IMG/VR virus record: IMGVR_UViG_3300043579_000184
Location: 1 to 35,314 of that record
Length of the DNA stretch: 35,314 bases
Direction: 5' to 3' (one strand)
Source: a virus
Shown here: piece by piece, positions 21,546 to 28,961 of the stretch
How positions within the stretch are numbered: the stretch's first letter is position 1
Layout of the letters: each line of letters opens with the position of its first letter
The notes under the pieces: model-generated
Databases searched by the model: none
What the model was told of the DNA's origin: nothing
Seen by the model: only the letters and a program-made list of their open reading frames with translations
Position numbers and translations under genes: made by a program

Positions 21546-22049
21546 ATGTCAGCCACCCAGCAGCGACGACCCCGGAAGAAAGCAACTGAGGCCACCCTTG
21601 GGCGGCCCGTGCAGGTGAGCGGGTTCTACCGTCTCATGTTGCACGACGTGCGGAATGGGCAGAAGGTCTACACCCCGTGGCGCAAGAACGTCATCACCGC
21701 CGACGGCTTCCAGTCCTACATTGTCCAGTCCATCGGCAGCGGCCTGACCGGCAAGACCGTCAGCCACATGCAGCTCGCCAGCCAGACGGCGGCCCCGGTC
21801 AGCAGCCAGACCTCGGCGAGCGGCGAGTTCGAGGCCCGCAAGGCCGTCTCCAACAGCTTCGTTGCCAACGGCACGCTCCGCGCGACCGCGAGCTGGAACA
21901 CCAACGAGGCCACGCAGTCCGCCGTCGGGGCGGTGGCGCTTTACAACACCAGCTCCGCCGGGACGGCGGGCTCGATTGCCACCTTCACCGCGAGCACCAA
22001 GACGACGGACCAGACTTTGAACGTGACGTATGAATGGAGGTTCAGTTGA
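21546..22049 (+). CDS. Virion structural protein (tail/baseplate-associated beta domain)
   Basis: KNVIT..G...ATASW..NEA...VALYN...TKTTDQTLNVTYEW pattern typical of tail-associated proteins; S/T-rich; GAGG SD. Confidence 0.7.
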   Translation: MSATQQRRPRKKATEATLGRPVQVSGFYRLMLHDVRNGQKVYTPWRKNVITADGFQSYIVQSIGSGLTGKTVSHMQLASQTAAPVSSQTSASGEFEARKAVSNSFVANGTLRATASWNTNEATQSAVGAVALYNTSSAGTAGSIATFTASTKTTDQTLNVTYEWRFS

Positions 22050-22062
22050 GCTAGCTTCGCGC

Positions 22063-22092
22063 TTGCGCGAATTAGCCCGCTGGTGGTAATGT
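22063..22092 (+). promoter_or_regulatory. Divergent copy of the cassette promoter repeat
   Basis: TTGCGC...tagcccgctggtgg-TAATGT, overlapping a hairpin TTCGCGC/GCGCGAA. Confidence 0.55.
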
Positions 22093-22104
22093 CTGGGGCA
22101 CGAG

Positions 22105-22719
22105 ATGGCGACTCGTGCCCCTAAGGCTGTACTCGACAAGATCAAGGCGGCCAAGACCCTTCGGCTCGACCTCGGCTGCGGTCCGAACAAGCAGCCCGGC
22201 ACCTTCGGCATCGACGCCCGGGCGTGCACCGGCGTCGATCTGGTCTGGGATCTCGAAGAGACCCCATGGCCCCTGCCGGATGACGTGGCCCGGGTCGTCT
22301 TCATGAGCCACTTCTGGGAGCACATCAGCCCCCGGAAGACGCTGCCGTTCATGGCCGAGCTGCACCGGGTCTGCCAGCACGACGCGCAGGTGCTCATCAG
22401 CGCGCCCTACGGGGTCGAGTTCCGCTTCGTGCAGGATCCCACCCACTGCAACCCGACCAACGAGGCGACGTTTGCCTATTGGGACAACCTGCACCCGTCC
22501 GGCTTGTGGCTCGTCTACGAGCCGCCGATCTTCCATCTGGAGAGCTTCGAGATTTTCCCGGCCGGGCAGAGCCGGGACTTCAGCGCGATCCTCCGCGTGT
22601 GCAAGGCCGGGGCGGGCAAGACCTGCCAGCACCTCGTGATCACCGAGGGCCCCGGCAAGGCGGAGAAGAAGCACGTGGCGTCTCCGCCGATGGTGCCGCC
22701 GAAGAAGGCCCGGTCATGA
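22105..22719 (+). CDS. Class I SAM-dependent methyltransferase
   Basis: LDLGCG motif I, GID, SHFWEH, ELHRV, DPTH. Confidence 0.85.
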   Translation: MATRAPKAVLDKIKAAKTLRLDLGCGPNKQPGTFGIDARACTGVDLVWDLEETPWPLPDDVARVVFMSHFWEHISPRKTLPFMAELHRVCQHDAQVLISAPYGVEFRFVQDPTHCNPTNEATFAYWDNLHPSGLWLVYEPPIFHLESFEIFPAGQSRDFSAILRVCKAGAGKTCQHLVITEGPGKAEKKHVASPPMVPPKKARS

Positions 22720-23363
22720 CCGAGCAGGCCACGCGATGGCCGCTGAGCTGGCCCGCCGGGTGGCCCCGGACCCCGCGCAGTCAGCGGAAGGCGGCGAAGT
22801 TCTCGAAGAAGCGGATGGTCAGCCCCACCTACGCGCGGCAGGAAGACCTGACGGTCTTCGACGCCGTCAAGCGCTTGACCGACGAGCTGCGGCGGCTGGG
22901 CGCAAGCGCCGGGACCGAGGTGCTCTCGACCAACCTCGTCACCCGCCTCGACGGGCTGCCGCGCTCCGACCAGCGCGCGCCGGAGGATCCCGGCGCGGCG
23001 GTCTACTTCCGGTTGAAGGGCCAGCCCCGGGTGCTGGCGTGCGACCGCTGGACGCGGGTGGCGGATAATATCGCGGCGGTGGCGGCGCACATCGAGGCGA
23101 TCCGCGCGGTGGACCGCTACGGGGTGGGCTCGCTGGAGCAGGCGTTCGCAGGCTACGTCACCCTGCCGGAAGCGGCGACCGACTGGTGGGTCATCTTGGG
23201 GGTCTCACCCAATGCGACGTGGGAGGACGCCAACGCGGCGTTCCTGCGGCTGGCGCAGGCGGCGCACCCCGACAAGCAGGGCGGCTCGCACGAGCAGATG
23301 GCCCGGCTGAGCGAGGCGCGGGAGAAGGCGCGGAGCCGTGTCGGGATGGCGAGGGCCCGGTGA
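22716..23363 (+). CDS. Phage protein with C-terminal J-domain (DnaJ-like)
   Basis: WPLSWPAGWPRT N-terminus, DPGAAVYF, CDRW..VADN; C-terminal WWVILGV...AHPDKQGG with the HPD motif. Confidence 0.85.
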   Translation: MTEQATRWPLSWPAGWPRTPRSQRKAAKFSKKRMVSPTYARQEDLTVFDAVKRLTDELRRLGASAGTEVLSTNLVTRLDGLPRSDQRAPEDPGAAVYFRLKGQPRVLACDRWTRVADNIAAVAAHIEAIRAVDRYGVGSLEQAFAGYVTLPEAATDWWVILGVSPNATWEDANAAFLRLAQAAHPDKQGGSHEQMARLSEAREKARSRVGMARAR

Positions 23364-23569
23364 CCGAGGCGCACCGGCTGGAGCTGGAGCGATTGCTGGC
23401 GCGGCTGCACCGCGATGACCCCGGCAACTTCCCGGCGATACAAGCGTTGGAGGCGGTGCTGGCGGAGGCGCGGCCGGTCGAGCGGAAGCACAAGTGGCAG
23501 TTCTACTTCAACGGTACGTTCTGTGAGGTCTGCGGCGCGGCGATAGGGAGTGACACCCCGTGCCGGTGA
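23360..23569 (+). CDS. Small hypothetical protein (H...CxxC...C)
   Basis: GTGA overlap. Confidence 0.55.
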   Translation: MTEAHRLELERLLARLHRDDPGNFPAIQALEAVLAEARPVERKHKWQFYFNGTFCEVCGAAIGSDTPCR

Positions 23570-23583
23570 GGAGAGACATCCCT

Positions 23584-23931
23584 ATGAGCGAACAGATTCC
23601 GACGATTGGCCGCATTGTTCACTATCGCTTGAGCGCCGACGACGCCACGCAGATCAACCGCCGCCGTACGACCGGAGCAAGCATCGCTGAGCGCTTGAAG
23701 TATGGCGATGATCCGCAGTTGAAGGCGTGGCCTGCTGGCGCACAAGCGCACATTGGGAACGAGGCGAAGGAAGGTGACGCCTACCCGATGCTGATCGTGC
23801 GCTGCTGGGGAGATACCGCCACGAGTGCGGTGAACGGGCAGGTCATGCTCGACGGGAACGACACCTTCTGGGCGACATCGCGAATGGTTGGCGATGCCCC
23901 CGGTACGTTCAGTTGGCCGACTCGCCAGTGA
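23584..23931 (+). CDS. Conserved hypothetical phage protein (PTIGRIVHY...W.WP)
   Basis: GAGGAG SD; recognisable motif. Confidence 0.8.
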   Translation: MSEQIPTIGRIVHYRLSADDATQINRRRTTGASIAERLKYGDDPQLKAWPAGAQAHIGNEAKEGDAYPMLIVRCWGDTATSAVNGQVMLDGNDTFWATSRMVGDAPGTFSWPTRQ

Positions 23932-24110
23932 GCGCACGGCGGACGTATCGGCTGATCGTCACGGCCTCGATAGAGGTGGATGACGAGGAGCTGGCCGAGG
24001 TCCAGCGCCTCGTGCAGGAGCAGGTCAACGTCATGTTCTACCGCATGGCGCGGGAGAACGACATCCGCGTGGTGCTGCAGCACCAGTGCGCGGTCGTGGA
24101 GACACCATGA
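23928..24110 (+). CDS. Small hypothetical protein
   Basis: GTGA and ATGA overlaps. Confidence 0.6.
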   Translation: MSARRTYRLIVTASIEVDDEELAEVQRLVQEQVNVMFYRMARENDIRVVLQHQCAVVETP

Positions 24111-24565
24111 TTGAAGTGCATCCGAGCCCGACGGCCGACACGCGGACCTGTGACTACACGCAGGTCACCATGCAGCAGCTCCTCAATAGCTCCAAGCAGC
24201 ACATCGCGGACGTGCAGGCGGCGCTGCGCTACTTTCAGGAGATGCTGGCACAGGCCGCTGACCAGCATGACCCGGACAAGATCGCGGACATCGAGGGGTT
24301 CCACGCGGACTTTGTGACCGGCTTCGCGCAGACCGGCTGGTGGGACCGGCACCGGAAACTGAACCGGCATCACCTGACGATGGCTGACGGGATCCCGGAC
24401 AACGTGAACCTGATCGATGTCCTCGACTTCATCGCGGACTGCGTGTGCGCCGGGATGGCGCGCAGCGGCAGCGTCTATCCGCTCAATTTGCCGCCGGAGC
24501 TGCTGGAGCGGGCGTTCCAGAACACGGTGGAACTTCTCAAGTCAGAGATCGTCGTGGTGCCGTGA
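24107..24565 (+). CDS. HD-like metal-binding protein (DUF5662-like)
   Basis: H...HDPDK...H...NRHH...NLIDV..FIAD pattern. Confidence 0.65.
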   Translation: MIEVHPSPTADTRTCDYTQVTMQQLLNSSKQHIADVQAALRYFQEMLAQAADQHDPDKIADIEGFHADFVTGFAQTGWWDRHRKLNRHHLTMADGIPDNVNLIDVLDFIADCVCAGMARSGSVYPLNLPPELLERAFQNTVELLKSEIVVVP

Positions 24566-24792
24566 CGACTGCCCGGCAGTTCCGCAACCTCGTGCTCGCC
24601 TACGAGCAGTTTAGGGCCGCGTCGGAAGACCCGGAGCAGATGCTGCGGGAGATGCCGGAGGACCAGTTCCGGCTGGTGCTGCAGGCGACCGCCGTGTTGC
24701 TCACGCAGCTCAAGCGAGAAGCGAAGCGGCGCGGGATCTGGGATGAGATGGTGCAGGCAGGGCTGGGGTTGAAGAAGTCGGACCTGACATGA
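24562..24792 (+). CDS. Hypothetical protein
   Basis: GTGA and ATGA overlaps. Confidence 0.6.
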   Translation: MTTARQFRNLVLAYEQFRAASEDPEQMLREMPEDQFRLVLQATAVLLTQLKREAKRRGIWDEMVQAGLGLKKSDLT

Positions 24793-25532
24793 CGACGAGC
24801 CGCGAGAAACACGGGTGTCGCATCTGGTGGCACTTCAAGGGGGGGCGTCACCGGGTCATCGGCGTTGAACTGGGCTGGTGGCACTCCTTCTGTCACGCCG
24901 GGGTCAGCGTCGATGACGAGGGGTGGAACCTCTCGCTGGCGCTGCCGCCGCTGTTCTTTCACCTGTCCCTTGAAGGCTTCCCGATCTGGCAGCCGCAGCG
25001 CATGTGCGTGGCGACGTGGCGGACGCCTCCCGAGGACATTTGGCTGACCGACCAGCGGGAGTGCCGGATCGGCATTCACGACTGGACGATCTGGCTGCAC
25101 CCGTGGAGTAAGACCATGGAGTGGGCGGCGAACGACCCGTGGTGGGTGCGCGGCGTCACGTTCAATCTCCGCGACTTCGTGCTCGGCAGGACGGACTACA
25201 CTTGTGAGACACTCGGCCCGGCCTTCGCGGTGTCGATTCCCATGCCGGAAGGCGTCTACACGGCGACCTTCCAGCCGCAGCGCCAGACGTGGACGCGCCC
25301 GCGTTGGCGGCGCAGCCTCGTGCGCGAGTCGTTCGACATCCGCATCCCGAAGGGTATTCCGTTTGCCGGGAAGGGCGAGAACTCGTGGGACTGCGGCGAT
25401 GACGGCCTGTTCGGGATGGGCGCGGAAGGCACCGTGGAGCAGGCCGTCGCCACGGTGCGCGAGAGTGTGATGGCGCGCAGGCACCGCTACGGAGCGCCTT
25501 CGGAAGACGCGATTCGAGAGGCTCTCGCATGA
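24789..25532 (+). CDS. Hypothetical Trp-rich phage protein (GKGENSWDCGDDG)
   Basis: 247 aa; ATGA overlaps. Confidence 0.75.
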   Translation: MTTSREKHGCRIWWHFKGGRHRVIGVELGWWHSFCHAGVSVDDEGWNLSLALPPLFFHLSLEGFPIWQPQRMCVATWRTPPEDIWLTDQRECRIGIHDWTIWLHPWSKTMEWAANDPWWVRGVTFNLRDFVLGRTDYTCETLGPAFAVSIPMPEGVYTATFQPQRQTWTRPRWRRSLVRESFDIRIPKGIPFAGKGENSWDCGDDGLFGMGAEGTVEQAVATVRESVMARRHRYGAPSEDAIREALA

Positions 25533-26413
25533 AGAAGAACCACAACCGCAAGGCGGACACCGAGAAACGTGACTGGGCGGCGGCGAAGCGCGGCAAGAAG
25601 CACCGCCCGGCGCAGACCGTCCAGATGCTGCCACTGCCGGTCTACGAGAACACCGGCAAGTACAAGCACCGGCTGCTGGTCGGCACCCCGACCATGGGCA
25701 ACATCCGCATCGAGTTCCACAACAGCGTGAACGCGCTGGTGATGCCGGTGAACTTCCAGATCAGCAACCAGACCCCGATTGGGTTCCTCGTCGCCGACGC
25801 GCAGAACCTGATCGCGCATGATGCCGTAGCGCGCGGCTTCGAGTGGCTCCTGCTCCTCGAAGACGACGTGCTGGTGCCGCCGGACCTGCTGCTGCGGCTG
25901 GAGCCCTACATGCAGGCCAAGACCGCGCCCATGGTCAGCGGGCTCTACCCGCTCAAGTCCACGATGGCGATGCCGTTCATCTTCCGGGGCCGGGGGAACG
26001 GGGTCTTCACCGACTTCACCGTGGGCGACAAGGTCTGGGCGGACGGGGTGCCCACTGGCTGCCTGCTCGTCCACACGTCCCTGCTGGAGGCGCTGGCCAA
26101 GGTCGTCCCCACCTACGCCCTGACGTGTAACGGCGGGCAGACCCAGCTCCCGCGCGTGTTCGAGACCCCGCGCAAGGCGTACGCCGACGCCGGGACCGGC
26201 ACCTACCAGAAGCTGATCGGCACCAGCGACCTGTATTTCTGTGATCAGCTCAAGGAGCACGACATCCTCCGCAAGGCGGGCTGGAAGAAGCTCGCCGCCA
26301 AGCCCTACCCGTATCTGGTGGATACCGCCATCAACTGCGGCCACTGCGAGCGCGGTGAGGGCGTGGTCCGGGTCTACCGCATCGGTCCGCGCGGCGACGA
26401 ACTGCAAGCCTAG
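25529..26413 (+). CDS. GT-A fold glycosyltransferase (GT2-like)
   Basis: VGTPT, AQNLIA, LLLEDD (DxD-like), VSGLY, GVPTGCLLV, SDLYFC, CGH. Confidence 0.75.
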   Translation: MKKNHNRKADTEKRDWAAAKRGKKHRPAQTVQMLPLPVYENTGKYKHRLLVGTPTMGNIRIEFHNSVNALVMPVNFQISNQTPIGFLVADAQNLIAHDAVARGFEWLLLLEDDVLVPPDLLLRLEPYMQAKTAPMVSGLYPLKSTMAMPFIFRGRGNGVFTDFTVGDKVWADGVPTGCLLVHTSLLEALAKVVPTYALTCNGGQTQLPRVFETPRKAYADAGTGTYQKLIGTSDLYFCDQLKEHDILRKAGWKKLAAKPYPYLVDTAINCGHCERGEGVVRVYRIGPRGDELQA

Positions 26414-26417
26414 CTTC

Positions 26418-26450
26418 AGCCCACCAGCGGGTTATTAAGCCCGCCTGTGA
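26418..26450 (+). promoter_or_regulatory. Two tandem operator-like cores of the cassette repeat
   Basis: AGCCCACCAGCGG and AAGCCCGCCTGTGA in the intergenic region before the tail genes. Confidence 0.55.
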
Positions 26451-26486
26451 GTAATGCGTCGGTGTGCCGCTTCCTGTGAGTGGCCC

Positions 26487-27002
26487 ATGCCCGACACCAA
26501 GCTCGCGGACCTCACCGCTATCGTCACGCCTAGTGACGATGACCTGTTCTACCTGACCAACCCCGGCGGGTCGCCCGTCGATACGAAGATGACGCTGGCC
26601 CAACTGCGGGCCTTCCTCGGGACATGGATCTCGGTCAGCCTCGGCGGCAGCCGCGCGGCGAGCCTGCCGCTGGCGGCCGCGACCTACGACCTCGTGAACG
26701 CCGAGCCCGCGTTCACGGTGCCGACGCTCAGCGCCGCCATGCTGGCCACGGCCCGCATTGTCGCGGACTGCCGGAGCGCGGACTCCAGCGTCAGCATCAC
26801 CCCCAGACTCATCAATGTGTCGTCCTTGGCGGTGGCGGGGACCGGGGCGGCCTGTACGGCCAGTGCGGATGACTACACGGGGACCAACCAGCACCAGACG
26901 GTCGCGGTCACCGTGGTGAGCGGGCAGACCTACAAAGCCCAAGCGATTGTCTCGGCGGGGGTGCACGCCACGTTCTGCACGATTCGGTTGGAGATCGGCT
27001 AA
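26487..27002 (+). CDS. Virion structural protein
   Basis: MPDTKLADLTA...DDDLFY...TKMTLAQL N-terminus typical of tail/decoration proteins; beta-rich. Confidence 0.7.
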   Translation: MPDTKLADLTAIVTPSDDDLFYLTNPGGSPVDTKMTLAQLRAFLGTWISVSLGGSRAASLPLAAATYDLVNAEPAFTVPTLSAAMLATARIVADCRSADSSVSITPRLINVSSLAVAGTGAACTASADDYTGTNQHQTVAVTVVSGQTYKAQAIVSAGVHATFCTIRLEIG

Positions 27003-28408
27003 TGCCTACCAATGTCCTCCGGGTGAACACGAACAACTGGATCGTGACCGGCGCGGGCGACCCGGAAGGGCGGGAACGCGCGCCGGTCGGGAGCATCTAC
27101 CTGCGGGAGGACGGCGCGGGTGGGACCAGCCTCTACGTCAAGGAGACCGGCGGGGTCGGCTACATCGGGTGGAAAGCCATGGCGATTCCTGCGGGCGGGC
27201 AGGCTCCAGTGGCGCACGCGGCGTCACATGGCTCCGGTGGCGCTGACCCGATCACGGGGCCGCTGACGTTGAGCACGCCCTACCCGCAGATCCGGCTGAA
27301 CGCCGCGATCCCGATGGTGCAGTGGCAGGAGGTCGGTGCGTCGGCGGACAAGAAGCGCTGGCGCATGTTTGCGAGCGGGGAGGTCTTCCGCTTCGACTGT
27401 CTGAACGACGCGGAGAACGCGGTCACCATCACGCTCCTGACGGTGGCCCGGGACGGCGCGGTCAATCTGCTGGGGGCCCTGACGGTCAACGGCCTCGTGA
27501 CCGCGCCGGGCTACATCGCGCAGGGGGCCGGGGTGGGCATCACGATTCTCGACACCGCCGCCCCGGCGGATGCGAAGCGCTGGCAACTCGCGACCTATAA
27601 CAACGGGCAGTTGTATCTCGAAACGCTGAATGATGCGCTGAACGCCTATCAGGGACGTGTCATCTTCGACCGAGCCGGGGGGATCACGGCTGGGAAGATT
27701 GTCACGGGTGTCGCGGGGAATAACCTTGCTGACCTGACGGTGGGGGCGACCAACTTCACGGCGGGCATCTACATGACCGCCGGGAATCTGAATCTAGGAC
27801 CGGGGAGTCTCGTGGGCGGCGGGTTTCTGCAGCCCAATGGTTATATCTATCCGGGCCAGTACAACAACGGAGGGGCACAGGCGAATTGGTATCTGGCGGG
27901 GCATGGGAGCTACGGCCTCTACTGCAACACAGGCATCTACATTGCGGCTCATCTGTGGACTGGGCTGAACCTGTACGTGGGTGGGTCTGGTGATGTAGGC
28001 ACGTCGCTCAACGTCGGGACCACGATCCGCGCGGGCAGCGGCGTCTACGAACGCGGGCGCGGGCAGGCGATGGGTGACTGGGTGGACGAGGCGTTCAACG
28101 CCGGTCGCTACGGCTTCACCTGCTACGCGGCGGAAGCGGCCTACATGCAGATCGGCGGCACGGTCTTTCAGAACATCAACATCACGTCGGCCACGGTGCC
28201 GTCGGCGTCGGCGTACAACATCTACACGTCGTTCAACGCCGTGCGGAACACGCACGCCAGCGCGCATGTGATTGTGGCGGGCGGCTACCAGCCCTCCTCG
28301 GTGTTTTCACTGGCCGGGACCAACGTCGTGCAGATTCGACAGACGAGCGGATTGAACTACCCCGCAGGCAACATGACCTGCCAGTTTACGGTGCCCATCA
28401 GCGTGTGA
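27002..28408 (+). CDS. Tail fibre / receptor-binding protein
   Basis: GAGDPEG...APVGSIYLR.DG..GTSLYVKE.G...GW motif, HAASH.SGGADP, duplicated AD.KRW...LNDA.N segment, Gly-rich beta shaft. Confidence 0.8.
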   Translation: MPTNVLRVNTNNWIVTGAGDPEGRERAPVGSIYLREDGAGGTSLYVKETGGVGYIGWKAMAIPAGGQAPVAHAASHGSGGADPITGPLTLSTPYPQIRLNAAIPMVQWQEVGASADKKRWRMFASGEVFRFDCLNDAENAVTITLLTVARDGAVNLLGALTVNGLVTAPGYIAQGAGVGITILDTAAPADAKRWQLATYNNGQLYLETLNDALNAYQGRVIFDRAGGITAGKIVTGVAGNNLADLTVGATNFTAGIYMTAGNLNLGPGSLVGGGFLQPNGYIYPGQYNNGGAQANWYLAGHGSYGLYCNTGIYIAAHLWTGLNLYVGGSGDVGTSLNVGTTIRAGSGVYERGRGQAMGDWVDEAFNAGRYGFTCYAAEAAYMQIGGTVFQNINITSATVPSASAYNIYTSFNAVRNTHASAHVIVAGGYQPSSVFSLAGTNVVQIRQTSGLNYPAGNMTCQFTVPISV

Positions 28409-28415
28409 GGAGAGC

Positions 28416-28730
28416 ATGGAAGAACTGACCCTGACCGACCCGGTGGTCATCCCGCAAAAGACCACGGCTAAGTACCACGTCGTCTCGCTAACGCTCAGCA
28501 CCGACCAAGCGGCGGCGGTGGCGGGCCCGCCGGGACTCATTCTCATCACGCTGCGAAACGAGCACGACGAGGCGAGTAACTACAGCTATACCGGGGATGC
28601 CGCCATCGCGATGATCAAGCAACTGAACACCGCGAATCTGACCACCAAGTCGATGCACAAGCGGATTCTGGAGAAGTTGTCGGCCGATGGTCTCCTGCCC
28701 GGCACGGTGACCGGCACGCCCGATCCGTAG
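28416..28730 (+). CDS. Tail-fibre-associated small protein
   Basis: GAGGAG SD; position after the fibre gene. Confidence 0.65.
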   Translation: MEELTLTDPVVIPQKTTAKYHVVSLTLSTDQAAAVAGPPGLILITLRNEHDEASNYSYTGDAAIAMIKQLNTANLTTKSMHKRILEKLSADGLLPGTVTGTPDP

Positions 28731-28732
28731 CG

Positions 28733-28960
28733 ATGGCCCGCGAGCGGCACCCCGTTCCGGCTCCCCCGACCGGGCTCCCGCTCGACCAGCGCGTGCTCCT
28801 GCTGGAGAACCGCCTCGCCCAGCTCTGGGACGAGGTCTGGTGGCACCAGCTCCCGTGGTACCGCCGCCTCGCCTACCGCCTGCAGGGCTTCCGCAGTCCA
28901 ATCCGCCGCTTCTACCTCCCCCACAGCGATGACACGCCTGACCTCGAAGTGAGGCTCTGA
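28733..28960 (+). CDS. Small hypothetical protein
   Basis: Fills the gap between structural genes. Confidence 0.6.
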   Translation: MARERHPVPAPPTGLPLDQRVLLLENRLAQLWDEVWWHQLPWYRRLAYRLQGFRSPIRRFYLPHSDDTPDLEVRL

Positions 28961-28961
28961 C

